Source: Actinomycetota bacterium (GTDB taxonomy: Bacteria; Actinomycetota; Geothermincolia; Fen-727; Anoxymicrobiaceae). From it: a DNA stretch of 64,000 nucleotides. The stretch covers positions 70,900 through 134,899 of the forward strand of contig JAHJCO010000056.1 in assembly GCA_018831265.1 (NCBI GenBank), read 5' to 3'. Under the pieces are notes generated by a model. It was not told the origin of the DNA, made no database searches, and worked only from the letters and a program-made list of their open reading frames with translations. The position numbers were made by a program, and so were the translations under genes. This document shows, in pieces, positions 27,256 to 37,173 of the stretch. Positions within the stretch are counted from its first letter, which is position 1. Each line of letters opens with the position of its first letter.

Positions 27256-28857
27256 CTACAGCTTGAACCCCTCGGTCAACTCCTGCAGCTTGGCCGCCAG
27301 CCTGGCCAGGCTCATCGACTCACCCGCGACGTCCTCGGTGCTCACCCTCTGCTCGTTTATGGTTGCCGCGACCTCCTCGGTGCTGGCTGCGGTCTCCTGC
27401 GCGATAGCGGCGATGTCGTTAATTGAATCGAAGACCCGGTCGGTATTGACCGCAATCTCCTGGATCGCACTCGAGATCTCGCTCGCGGCCCTGGCCGCGG
27501 TCCGGGATGATTCCATCATGCCCCGGAGCGCCTCGCCGGTGTCCTCGGCCACGGTCCGCCCGCCCTCGACCCGCTCGGTGCCCTCCTCCATGGACTCGAG
27601 CACGCCGGCCGTTTCCGAGTTGATCTCCCTGATCAGGCGGGATATCTGCTCGGCGGACCGTTTCGAGTTCTCGGCGAGCTTTCGCACCTCCCCGGCAACC
27701 ACCGCGAAGCCTTTTCCGTGCTCCCCGGCGCGGGCCGCCTCGATGGCGGCGTTCAGCGCCAGGAGGTTGGTCTGGTCGGCGATGTCTGTTATAACGTCAA
27801 TTATAATCCCAATCTGCGTAAACCTCTCCCCCAGCCCGCTCATGAGGCGCTCGGAGTGCTTCACCGACTCGTATATGCGCAGCATGACCGTGACGGCCTC
27901 CTCGCTGGCGGCCACCCCGCGCTCGGCCATCTCCGCACTGAGCACGCTCTGGGTCGCCGAGACCCGGCCCCCCTCCGCTATCGACTCTATGGAGCCCGCG
28001 ACCTGCGCCATAGCCCTGCTGGTGTCCTCGACCTTGTGCGCCTGGTCCTCGCTGCCGGTGGATATCTGCTCGGCGGCCGAGGTCACCTCTTCTATGGATG
28101 AGGTCATCCCCTCGATGGTGCCCGCGAGCGAGTCGGCCGAGCCGGTCAGCTCCCCGGCGATCGACCTGATCTCCAGCATGGACTGCCGCAGCGATGAGAC
28201 CATGTCATTGATGGCGTCGGCGAGCTCGCCGTTCACATCCGGGGTGGGGACATGGACCCGCGCCGTCAGGTCACCCTTGCCACGGGCTATCTGGTTGACC
28301 TCTTCGATGACCTTGCGGGTCACCCCCGAGAGCCCGCGGTAGGCCACGGTCATGGTCACGATGCCCATGATCGCGGTGATGATCAGGATTACCACGTAGG
28401 CGATCACACCGGTTCGCGTGATCCTCAACTGCTGGTGGACCGAGGTCTTCATCTCCGCGTCGGCGGCCACCTCCAGCTTCTCCTCCAGTTCGCTCAGGCG
28501 TGCCACGTCGCGGTCCGATCCCGCCTCGCCGACCTCGCGCTGCAACCCGGAGTACTCGGGGGGTGACCCCACCAGCCTGTGCTGCGCCTCTGCGATGTGG
28601 GCATCTCCCGTGGCGTTGTCGCCCTGCTGGAAGGCGAGCGCCGCCGCGTCCAGCTCGGCCGAGGCGCCGTAGAGCCGCGCCGCGTTCTCGGCGTGGCCCC
28701 GGGTGTTGGCGCTCCTCCAGAGCACCAGCCCGCCGACCGCCACCAGGGACCCGATCAGGCACAACACCACCACGAAGGTCTGCCCGATCCTCATTTTGAA
28801 GGTGGGCACGGTGAGGGCGGTCCACAGCGATCGCCTCGCTCTGGTGGACTCAGCCAC
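27256..28857 (-). CDS. Methyl-accepting chemotaxis protein with a small extracellular helical sensor
   Basis: TM-about 110 aa-TM-HAMP, tip [34 protein letters not shown]. Confidence 0.94.
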   Translation of the reverse strand: MAESTRARRSLWTALTVPTFKMRIGQTFVVVLCLIGSLVAVGGLVLWRSANTRGHAENAARLYGASAELDAAALAFQQGDNATGDAHIAEAQHRLVGSPPEYSGLQREVGEAGSDRDVARLSELEEKLEVAADAEMKTSVHQQLRITRTGVIAYVVILIITAIMGIVTMTVAYRGLSGVTRKVIEEVNQIARGKGDLTARVHVPTPDVNGELADAINDMVSSLRQSMLEIRSIAGELTGSADSLAGTIEGMTSSIEEVTSAAEQISTGSEDQAHKVEDTSRAMAQVAGSIESIAEGGRVSATQSVLSAEMAERGVAASEEAVTVMLRIYESVKHSERLMSGLGERFTQIGIIIDVITDIADQTNLLALNAAIEAARAGEHGKGFAVVAGEVRKLAENSKRSAEQISRLIREINSETAGVLESMEEGTERVEGGRTVAEDTGEALRGMMESSRTAARAASEISSAIQEIAVNTDRVFDSINDIAAIAQETAASTEEVAATINEQRVSTEDVAGESMSLARLAAKLQELTEGFKL

Positions 28858-29752
28858 GGGTGGCCGCCTTCCGCGCGTCCGTCGCGCTCATCAGCTGGTA
28901 GATCCGCTCGCGGGGGAAGGTCGGCTTGAACATCTTGGAGGCCTCCGGCCCCAGGGTCTCGGACTTGCCGAGCACCAGGTAGCCGTCCTTGAGGATACTT
29001 TCCGCGAGGCCCGCTATGATCTTCACCTGGACCTGCCGGCCGAAGTAGATGAGCACGTTGCGGCACAGCACGATGTCGTAGCGGCGCCTCTCACCTTCCT
29101 CGAGCAGGTTGATCTTCTCGAAGCGCACCCGCCTCTTGAGCTCGTCTCTGACCAGGTAGCGGGTGCCTTCCGGGCTCGCGGCCATCTCGAAATGGCGCTC
29201 TAGCGGGATGCCCTCCAGCAGCTCCACCTCGCTGTAGACGCCACGCTTAGCGACCCTCAAGCTCGCATCGTCCAGGTCCGAGCCGACTATCCTCAGGTTC
29301 CAACGGTCTATAGTCGCACCCAGCTCCTCGGCCAGCAGTATGGTCAGGCTGTAGGTCTCCTCGCCGCTCGCGCACCCCGCGCTCCAGACACGCAGCGAGC
29401 GGGAGCCGATCTTCTCCTTGGCCCGCACCAGGTCGGGCAGCACGTCGGAGCGCAGCCTGTTGAAGACGTCCTTGTCGCGGAAGAACTGCGTGACGTTTAT
29501 GGTCAGCTCGTTGAGCAGCCTGGTGTACTCGTCGGGGTCGCGGCGGAGGATGCCGAGGTACTCCATGTAGTCACCGGCACCGGTGGCCCTCAGGCGCACC
29601 GCGAAGCGGCGCTTGAGGTAGTTCTCCTTGTACTGCTCGCAGTCCAGCCCGCGGTCCTGGTAGATGCGCCTCTTCAGTAGGGCAAACGCCTGGTCCTCGC
29701 TGAACAAGTAAGCCCCCGCCTCCTGTACCCCGTTCCGTGTATAGTCCTGCAT
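28850..29752 (-). CDS. cheR: Chemotaxis methyltransferase CheR
   Basis: [43 protein letters not shown]. Confidence 0.96.
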   Translation of the reverse strand: MQDYTRNGVQEAGAYLFSEDQAFALLKRRIYQDRGLDCEQYKENYLKRRFAVRLRATGAGDYMEYLGILRRDPDEYTRLLNELTINVTQFFRDKDVFNRLRSDVLPDLVRAKEKIGSRSLRVWSAGCASGEETYSLTILLAEELGATIDRWNLRIVGSDLDDASLRVAKRGVYSEVELLEGIPLERHFEMAASPEGTRYLVRDELKRRVRFEKINLLEEGERRRYDIVLCRNVLIYFGRQVQVKIIAGLAESILKDGYLVLGKSETLGPEASKMFKPTFPRERIYQLMSATDARKAATRG

Positions 29753-29907
29753 CCGAACGGTGCAACATCCGGTACTAGATTATATTTCAAAACGCTCTCG
29801 CGGGCCTTCCCCCCCGTTTGACAGCCCCGGGGGGCTGGGTTACCTTCAAACGCAAACCCTTGGTGCCCCGCTCTTTGAGGATGTGGCACAGCCGGATTGG
29901 AGCGACC

Positions 29908-31146
29908 GTGTCGCCGGAGATAACCTTCGATCCCTATACAGGACTCTACTCGGAGGCCAACGCGCTGCTGAGGTCGTCGGCGATCCGCGACCTGATGAGC
30001 GTGGTCGGGCGCCATGACGTGATCTCGTTCGCCGGAGGGCTCCCTCACATCAACGGGTTGCCCCCCGAGGAGCTCGGCAGCGTGCTGGCCTCGGTCGTGG
30101 AGGAGGGGTTCGCCGAGGCGTTCCAGTACGGGGAGACTGAGGGGCGCGAGCCGCTCAAGGCCGCCCTTGTCGAGGTGATGGCCGCGGAGGGCATCAAGGC
30201 GGATCCGGATCACGTCCTCATCACCACCGGCAGCCAGCAGGCGCTGGACCTCCTGGGCAGGATCTTCATAGACCCCGGAGACCCCATCGTCATGGAGGGG
30301 CCCACCTACGTGGGTGCGCTGTCGGCTTTCCGCCCCGCCGGCCCATCCGTGGTGACCGTTCCGCTGGACGACGAGGGCATTCGCACCGATCTGCTGGCCG
30401 GCGAGCTGGAGCGGCTGGTCGAACGTCCCAAGTTCATCTACGTGGTTCCCACCTTCCAGAACCCGGCCGGGGTGACCATGCACCCCCGACGCCGCGAGGA
30501 GCTCCTGGTACTGGCCGAGCAGTACGATGCGCTGATCATCGAGGACAACCCCTACGGCCTGCTCCGGTTCGAGGGCGAGCCCGTAGGACCGCTCGCCTCG
30601 AGCGGTTATGCGAACATCGTGTACCTGGGCACGCTGTCCAAGATCGTGTCCCCCGGTATACGGACCGGCTGGGTGCTGGCGCCGCCCCCCATCATGGAGC
30701 GGCTTGCGATGCTCAAGCAGGGGGCCGATCTGTGCTCCCCGACGCTCAGCCAGATGTTCGCCGAGGAGTACATCCGCCGGGGGTTGTGGTTGAAGAACCT
30801 GGAGAACCTCAAGCCGATCTACCACGCCCGGCGCGACGCCATGATCCAGGCCCTGGAGAAGCACTTCCCCGAGGGGAGCAGGTGGACGCGCCCCCAGGGC
30901 GGGCTCTTCCTGTGGGTCACGCTGCCGCGCTTCCTGGACACCGAGAAGATGCTGCCGCTGGCCATCGAGCAGCGGGTGGCATTCGTGCCTGGTACGGCTT
31001 TCTACGCCGACGGTTCCGGGGCCAATCACATGCGGTTGAACTTCAGCTTCTCTTCGGAGGACCAGATCGCCGAGGGGATCAAGCGCCTCGGGAAGGTGAT
31101 ACGCAAGGAGATCGAGCTTTACCGTTCGCTGGGGCTGGACGCCTGA
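29908..31146 (+). CDS. PLP-dependent aminotransferase, class I/II (LysN/MocR-like aminotransferase domain)
   Basis: ISFAGGLP, TTGSQQALDL, PTFQNPAG, IIEDNPYG, GTLSKIVSPGIRTGW, QGGLFLW; start GTG 29908 or ATG 29881. Confidence 0.9.
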   Translation: MSPEITFDPYTGLYSEANALLRSSAIRDLMSVVGRHDVISFAGGLPHINGLPPEELGSVLASVVEEGFAEAFQYGETEGREPLKAALVEVMAAEGIKADPDHVLITTGSQQALDLLGRIFIDPGDPIVMEGPTYVGALSAFRPAGPSVVTVPLDDEGIRTDLLAGELERLVERPKFIYVVPTFQNPAGVTMHPRRREELLVLAEQYDALIIEDNPYGLLRFEGEPVGPLASSGYANIVYLGTLSKIVSPGIRTGWVLAPPPIMERLAMLKQGADLCSPTLSQMFAEEYIRRGLWLKNLENLKPIYHARRDAMIQALEKHFPEGSRWTRPQGGLFLWVTLPRFLDTEKMLPLAIEQRVAFVPGTAFYADGSGANHMRLNFSFSSEDQIAEGIKRLGKVIRKEIELYRSLGLDA

Positions 31147-31178
31147 TGCAGGCCCCCCGAGACTAGGAGCTCAATGAG

Positions 31179-32114
31179 ATGAAGCCCAAGATAGTGGTAC
31201 TGATGGGCGGGCGCTCCCTGGAGAGGAGTGTCTCGCTGAAATCGGGCCATCGAGTGGAGCGCGTCCTCAAGGAGCGCGGCTATCCCGTGAGCACCCTGGA
31301 CGTGGACCGCTCCATGGTGCCGGACCTGCTCGCGGAAAAGCCGGAGCTCGTCTACATCGCCCTGCACGGCAAGGACGGCGAGGATGGCACCATCCAGGAG
31401 CTCATGGAGATCATGAGCATTCCTTACACCGGGCCCGGGCCCCTGGCGAGCATGATCGGCTTCAACAAGGTCCTGTCCAAGGAGCTGTTCCGCGATGCCG
31501 GCATACCTACCCCACGCTACTTCACCGTGAGCGCGTCGACCCTGGAAGACATGGGGGCCTCGGGCCTGCTGCCGCAGGCCTGGGAGAAGCTCGGAGGACC
31601 GGTGGTGGTGAAGCCGGCGGCACAGGGATCGGCCCTCGGGGTCAGGATCGTGGAGCGATTCGACGACCTGGGCGCCGCCCTGGTAGCTGCCCTTGGCTAC
31701 GACGACCGAGTGCTTCTGGAGGAGTACGTGAGCGGGTGCGAGATCGCCCTCAGCGTCCTGGGCGATGACGAGCCCGAGGTCCTGCCGGCCGTCGAGGTGG
31801 TCCCGGAATCCGGTTTCTTCGACTTTGACGCACGCTACACGCCCGGCCGGACCGAGTACTTCATACCGGCCCGCCTCACTGACGAGCAGTCGGCCGAGGC
31901 GGCCCGGCTGGCGGCCCAGACCCACCGCCTCCTGCGCTGCAAGGACCTCTCCCGGGTGGACATGATCGTGGGAGAGGACGGAGTCCCCTACGTGCTCGAG
32001 CTGAATATAAGCCCCGGGATGACGGAGACCAGCCTTCTCCCGCTCGCGGCCGAGTCGGCCGGGCTGTCGTTCGGCGACCTCGTGGAGCGGCTGGTGGGGC
32101 TGGCCCTGGGCTAG
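31179..32114 (+). CDS. ddl: D-alanine--D-alanine ligase
   Basis: GGRSLERSVSLKSG, ALHGKDGEDG, KPAAQGSALG, FFDFDARY, SRVD, LELNISPGMTETS. Confidence 0.93.
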   Translation: MKPKIVVLMGGRSLERSVSLKSGHRVERVLKERGYPVSTLDVDRSMVPDLLAEKPELVYIALHGKDGEDGTIQELMEIMSIPYTGPGPLASMIGFNKVLSKELFRDAGIPTPRYFTVSASTLEDMGASGLLPQAWEKLGGPVVVKPAAQGSALGVRIVERFDDLGAALVAALGYDDRVLLEEYVSGCEIALSVLGDDEPEVLPAVEVVPESGFFDFDARYTPGRTEYFIPARLTDEQSAEAARLAAQTHRLLRCKDLSRVDMIVGEDGVPYVLELNISPGMTETSLLPLAAESAGLSFGDLVERLVGLALG

Positions 32115-33085
32115 TCGCCCGGCGGCGTCTCGACGAAGGTGGCGCGCCCGGCCGGGGCGCTCTCGCTTCCCGTGGCCTCCTGCTCCGCCGCGTCGGATCC
32201 TTCGACCCCGGGTGACGGGAGCCTCGTGCCCGCCATAGAGCTGAATATCCTCTCCAGGTCAGCGAAGTCCCTGAACTCTATGACGAGTCTGCCCTTGCGC
32301 TTGCCCACCGATCCCTTCACCCTGGTATCCAGCATTTCCGCCAGCCTGTCGAAGAGCCTCTGTGCCTCCGGCGGCGGCTCCCGCCTCGCGCGGTGATGGA
32401 TCGTTGCGGTCTCCGGGGCGGCACCGGGTACCCCCCCGGCCACCAGCTGCTCGACCTGCCGCACCGACAACCCCTCCTCGATGATGCGCGTGCACAGGTT
32501 GTCCTGGCCTTCCGGGTCTTCCTGCAGCGCGAGCAGTGTGCGAGCGTGCCCGGCGGTGATGCTGCCGTCTACGACCTCCCTCTGGATGCGGGCGGGCAGG
32601 CCGAGCAGGCGAAGCGAGTTGGTGATGGCCGTCCTGCTCCTGCCCACCTTGCGCGAGAGCTCCTCGTGGGTGATGCCGAAATCGTCGAGCAGCTGCTGGT
32701 AGGCGTTTGCCTCCTCGATGCCGTTGAGGTCCTGGCGGTGCAGGTTCTCGATCAGTGCCATCTCCAGCGAGTCGGTCTCTGTCGAGTGACGTATCACCGC
32801 GGGGATCTTCTCCAGGCCCGCCGCCTTCGCCGCCCGCCACCTCCTCTCCCCCGCGATGAGCTCGTACTCGGTGCCGTGGGGGCGGACCACCACCGGCTGG
32901 ACCACACCGAACACCTCGATGGAACGGGCCATCTGCTCGATCGACCCCTCATCGAAGGTCCTGCGAGGCTGTCTGGGGTTTGGCTCTATCTCGGCTACCG
33001 GAATCTCCTCCAGCCGGCTTCCCTCAGCCGATGCCGCCGAGCCTATCAACACGTCCAGGCCCTTCCCCAGCCCTTTCTTTGCCAC
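32111..33085 (-). CDS. parB: Chromosome partitioning protein ParB (Spo0J)
   Basis: KGLGKGL N-terminus, PNPRQPR, IAGERRWRA, ALIENLHRQDL, HTH. Confidence 0.97.
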   Translation of the reverse strand: MAKKGLGKGLDVLIGSAASAEGSRLEEIPVAEIEPNPRQPRRTFDEGSIEQMARSIEVFGVVQPVVVRPHGTEYELIAGERRWRAAKAAGLEKIPAVIRHSTETDSLEMALIENLHRQDLNGIEEANAYQQLLDDFGITHEELSRKVGRSRTAITNSLRLLGLPARIQREVVDGSITAGHARTLLALQEDPEGQDNLCTRIIEEGLSVRQVEQLVAGGVPGAAPETATIHHRARREPPPEAQRLFDRLAEMLDTRVKGSVGKRKGRLVIEFRDFADLERIFSSMAGTRLPSPGVEGSDAAEQEATGSESAPAGRATFVETPPGD

Positions 33086-33896
33086 TCTGCACCACTTCCT
33101 TCGCCAGCTCCACGTACGCGATTGCGCCCTTCGACCCCGGCTCGTACATGATTATTGGCTTCCCGTAGGCGGGTGCCTCGGAGAGCCTCACCGACCGGGG
33201 GATGACTGTCCGGAAAGCCATCTGCGGGTACTCCCGCCGCACCTCCGACTCCACGTCCTTAGACAGGTTGGTCCTCACATCGAACATGGTCAGCAGGACC
33301 CCGGCGATCCTGAGGGCCGGGTTGACGTGCTGCTTGATCCTCTGGATGGTCCCGAAAAGGTATACCAGCCCCTCCAGGGCGTAGTACTCGCACTGGATCG
33401 GTATGAGCGCCTCGGCGGCGGCCGCCAGGCAGTTGATGGTCAGCAGGCCCAGGGCCGGGGGGCAGTCGATGATCACGAAGTCGTAGCGGGGGACGAGCGG
33501 GAGGATCGCCTTGCGAAGCCTGTTCTCCCTGGATAGCTCCGAGGCCAATTCGATCTCGGCCGCCGCCAGGTCAAGCGTCGAGGGCACGACGTCCATGCCG
33601 TCCACGGGTCCCGGCCTTATCACCGACTCGCCGGTGACCTCGCCCATCAGCAGCTCGTAGGCACAGGCTTCGATCTGCGATTTCTCGATGCCCACGCCGC
33701 TGGTGGCGTTGCCCTGCGGGTCCATGTCGACCATGAGGACCCTCCCACCCAGCGACGCCAGACACGCGCTGAGATTTATGGCGGTGGTCGTCTTTCCGAC
33801 CCCACCCTTCTGGTTGCTTATGGAGATGACCCGCGCCCGCCCCGTTCCATCTTCCGGGGCTTCCTCGCGTGGGAGATCTGCCTCATCCAGCGGCAC
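33024..33896 (-). CDS. parA: Chromosome partitioning ATPase ParA (Soj)
   Basis: NQKGGVGKTTT, DMDPQGNATSG, IDCPPALG, QCEYYALEG, SVRLSEAP. Confidence 0.97.
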   Translation of the reverse strand: MPLDEADLPREEAPEDGTGRARVISISNQKGGVGKTTTAINLSACLASLGGRVLMVDMDPQGNATSGVGIEKSQIEACAYELLMGEVTGESVIRPGPVDGMDVVPSTLDLAAAEIELASELSRENRLRKAILPLVPRYDFVIIDCPPALGLLTINCLAAAAEALIPIQCEYYALEGLVYLFGTIQRIKQHVNPALRIAGVLLTMFDVRTNLSKDVESEVRREYPQMAFRTVIPRSVRLSEAPAYGKPIIMYEPGSKGAIAYVELAKEVVQSGKERAGEGPGRVDRLGGIG

Positions 33897-33933
33897 CGTG
33901 GATCCTCTCTACGTCCGGCAGGCGCTCACTATC

Positions 33934-34605
33934 TCACAACTTCTCGATGACCACAAGCGATGTACGTCGCAGTTCCGGCTCCAGCGTTACGCCGGCCTCG
34001 CGTACGCCGACCAGCCTCGCGCCCAGCACCGCCAGCCGGTCCCGCGCCTGCTCGGCCTCCTCGCGGGCCGCATCCCCCCTGAGGGCCACGTAGCGGCCGC
34101 TCCTGGACAGAAGTGGCATCACGACTCTTGACATGTCGACGATCCCGCCCGATGCGCGGCTCATCGCCAGATCGAACTCCATCCCCGCGAACGCCGCGGC
34201 GTCGCCCCTCAGGACCGTTGTGTTTTCCAGGTCGAGCAGGCCGATAGCCTCCGCCAGGAATGCACATTTTCTGCCGGACCTCTCGAGCAGTGTTACTGTC
34301 CAACCCGGGCGTGCCACCGCAATGGGGATCCCCATCAGCCCTCCTCCGCTGCCGACATCCACAACTTCCAGGCGCTCGTTCTCGATGGCCTCCAGCAGCG
34401 TCAGGGACTGCCCCATGGGCGCCTCCGGCGCCTCCGCCATGCTGCTTGAGATCAGTCCCGCCCATCCCCTGCTCCTGCGTAGCAGGCGTGCGTATTCCCC
34501 GAGCGCTTCTGCTGACCCCTCTGGTGCCCGGTAGAGCTCCAGCGCCTCGGCCAGTGCTCTGCTCGGACCATCGATCGCGGCTGCGGAATTACCAATAATT
34601 ACCAA
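33934..34605 (-). CDS. rsmG: 16S rRNA m7G527 methyltransferase RsmG (GidB)
   Basis: VDVGSGGGLMGIP, LLERSGRKCAFL, MSRA; directly upstream of parA. Confidence 0.85.
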   Translation of the reverse strand: MVIIGNSAAAIDGPSRALAEALELYRAPEGSAEALGEYARLLRRSRGWAGLISSSMAEAPEAPMGQSLTLLEAIENERLEVVDVGSGGGLMGIPIAVARPGWTVTLLERSGRKCAFLAEAIGLLDLENTTVLRGDAAAFAGMEFDLAMSRASGGIVDMSRVVMPLLSRSGRYVALRGDAAREEAEQARDRLAVLGARLVGVREAGVTLEPELRRTSLVVIEKL

Positions 34606-35102
34606 TCACACTGCTCCTATGTTGAAATCACATCCGATATTGTACATGACCGGATCCGGGCACCGGGAGGATACGATGGAGATTCTACAAGTGAATACCC
34701 GGAATCCACCGCGGCGCCTCTTGCGTGTCAGCACACTCCATGTTCTTTTCGCACCGGGAACCCTGGCCCGATCATCAACCGGCAATCCGTCCTTCCTGGA
34801 TGGCGCGTTTCCGCGGGATGCCCGCCCTCCACCGGCTGGCTGGCCCTGCCCTTGCGCGCCCGGACTCTTTCCTCTCATATCTTCCATGCCTCCCCGTCTC
34901 GAGTATCGTTGTCCTTCCCGCTCCTCGGAGGCCGGTCCCTGCGGGCAGTCACTGCACTGCCCGGCCTGCCCTTGTAACCTCAACCCCGACAATGCCCGAG
35001 GGTTTCGCTGCAAGTCGCTCCTCCAATTTCTCATGTCCGGGTTGCTTCTCGCCGTTTTCGGGATATTCGCTCGTTGTTCTCTTCCCTGTCGTTGAACTGA
35101 AG

Positions 35103-35779
35103 TTATCAACAATTCCGATCGATCGCCTCTCTTTTCCTGGAAGCCATTCTCCCTTCGACATGAGAATTACAGGTTCTCATGCGAAGACACCGGCTTTTCT
35201 ATATCTATATGGTTATCCACAAAGACCTGCCCTTCCATTTTCTCTTGTTGATATCCGTCACTGTCCATTCCAACATCTCAACCGACAGAATCCCGCCAGC
35301 GGATAAGTACTCCCCCCTGGCCAACTGACCTCCGTTCGGGATTCCGGCGCCTTAATCGACTCCATCTTCATCGCCGGCTATCCAGTTGATATGTGGCCTC
35401 TTGCACTACATCGTCCTGTTTATATCTTCAGGATGCATTGTTTGTTCCTTTCATGTCCGTCTCAGCACCCCTTCGCAGCCGACTCACTTCGCAGCCTCTC
35501 TCCTACCCGGTTCTGCAGAAGAACATGTTCCACGTGAAACGTAGTATGTCTGTTTTTCTACATTCTCCTGCTGGTTATGCACATCGCTTGTGGAAAACCA
35601 TCCTCAATGTGCGCGTAGCGTTTCCTTGCTCAAGCGGCAAGTTGTCCTTTGAGTCTCTACGATCGGTTACTTTCTCTTGATCAAACACTTCTTCCGACTA
35701 CTGGGCCTCGCCATCACATTTCGAATTCTATTTCCTGCCCGTGACCGGCAACACACCAGTTCTCCGACTGCTTTCCACA
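35103..35779. promoter_or_regulatory. DnaA-box cluster in the jag-rsmG intergenic region
   Basis: TTATCAACA 35103, TTATCCACA (perfect) 35213, TTATGCACA 35575, TGTGGAAAA 35589, CTTTCCACA 35771. Confidence 0.6.
35526..35541. promoter_or_regulatory. parS site
   Basis: TGTTCCACGTGAAACG, one mismatch to TGTTNCACGTGAAACA. Confidence 0.85.
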
Positions 35780-36404
35780 GATTATTCTGGCATGGTGACG
35801 AATTCGGTTGCCTGAGATGAAGGGCCAACCGGGCCTGAGTTCTCTATATATGTACCTATGGTATTCCCCTGACCTCTACTTTAACTTTACCATGATCAAC
35901 TTTTCTTAATCCCTATGCCCGCCAATTCACCTCATGAAATGGCGATCTGGCAAGCATTTTTCTTTTCTTGAAACGCTGATTTGCGAGGAATCAATACTGT
36001 GAAGTTAACACGCATGATACTTTGTCGGCCGCACAGGCTGACGCACCTGGCAGTGCGCCGGTCATTTTCTTGAATATTGAAGCACCCGGGCTCTTTGCAG
36101 GTCTTACACCCGGAACAATGGCTGTCGATCCCGGTGAGCTGTTCTCTTGACAAGCCGAGTCCCACACACCGCCGCCCTTGCGTTCCGCGAGATTCTCACC
36201 AGCGGGCCCTGACCAGGCTGCCAACTGGACATTTCCGAGTTGGCGACCATGGCTGCTCAGGAAACCCCCGCAGGATCTCTATAGGCGGATCCATTCGATG
36301 ACAGGGTGGTGATTACAGCTAAAACGGGGTTTCGACGTCAATAGTCAAGAGGTTTTTTGGTCAGCAGCCAGGCCATCTGAAATTCGGGGGGGTTTGAATG
36401 TCAA

Positions 36405-36420
36405 TGTTTCACGTGGAACT
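36405..36420. promoter_or_regulatory. parS site overlapping the jag stop codon
   Basis: TGTTTCACGTGGAACT (reverse complement AGTTCCACGTGAAACA). Confidence 0.85.
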
Positions 36421-37158
36421 ATCAGGAGGGTGAATGACGACCCGCCTGTCGGGCTCCTCGCCGATGCTTTCGGTCCACACGCCTCCCAACTTTCTGAGCG
36501 ACATGTGAACGACTTTTCTCTCCGAGGCGTTCATCGGCGGAAGCTCTATGCTGCGGTTTTCTGCGATCGCCTTTCTCGCCGACTGATCGGCCTGCTTCTC
36601 GACCTTCGCCTTCCGTCGTTTCCGGTACCCCTCAACATCGAGGATGATCTTCCGGTCAACATCGCCCTTTCTTCGACAGGCTATATTCAGTAGATACTGC
36701 ATTGCATCCAGTGTCGCGCCCGCTTTGCCGATCAGGATCGCCACATCGTCTCCCCAAACGTCCACAACTATCGATTCATCTCTCAGACGACCCTCAACCA
36801 TAGCTTCTGTGCCGATCATCTCCAGAATGTCCTTCACCATGACTATGGGCTTCGAGCTTTCGGGTAGCTCCCCGCCCTCCTTTGTCAGGAAGGTCTCCTG
36901 GCCCCTGTCCTCTTCCTCTACCTCGATTTCAGGCGCAACGATCTCCCGGGGGGACATCTTTGTCTTTACGGCTTCCCACTCTCCTATCAGCTCAACCCTT
37001 ATCCTGGCCTCCTTGCCCCCCAGGCCGAGGAATCCTTTTTGCGGTTCCTCGAGGATCTCTACATGGATATCGTCCGGCTCCAGTCCCAGTTCCTCCAGAG
37101 CCGTCTGTGTCGCCTCCTCAACGTTTCTCCCTGCATATTCCCAAGACGTCTCTTTCAT
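36409..37158 (-). CDS. jag: Jag/EloR (KhpB) RNA-binding protein
   Basis: Jag_N (GFLGLGGKEAR), KH (LIGKAGATLDAMQYL), R3H (MNASERKVVH). Confidence 0.95.
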   Translation of the reverse strand: MKETSWEYAGRNVEEATQTALEELGLEPDDIHVEILEEPQKGFLGLGGKEARIRVELIGEWEAVKTKMSPREIVAPEIEVEEEDRGQETFLTKEGGELPESSKPIVMVKDILEMIGTEAMVEGRLRDESIVVDVWGDDVAILIGKAGATLDAMQYLLNIACRRKGDVDRKIILDVEGYRKRRKAKVEKQADQSARKAIAENRSIELPPMNASERKVVHMSLRKLGGVWTESIGEEPDRRVVIHPPDSST

Positions 37159-37173
37159 TCGTTCACTCCTGGC

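Noticed and set aside
33024-33085. 62-nt parA/parB overlap as a sign of frameshift or fusion
   Set aside because: Both proteins are complete; a short C-terminal run-on of ParA explains it
34606-36301. Short ORFs in the jag-rsmG gap (168, 158, 193, 70, 95, 77 aa)
   Set aside because: Mutually overlapping, atypical composition, no motifs; not called as genes without homology support
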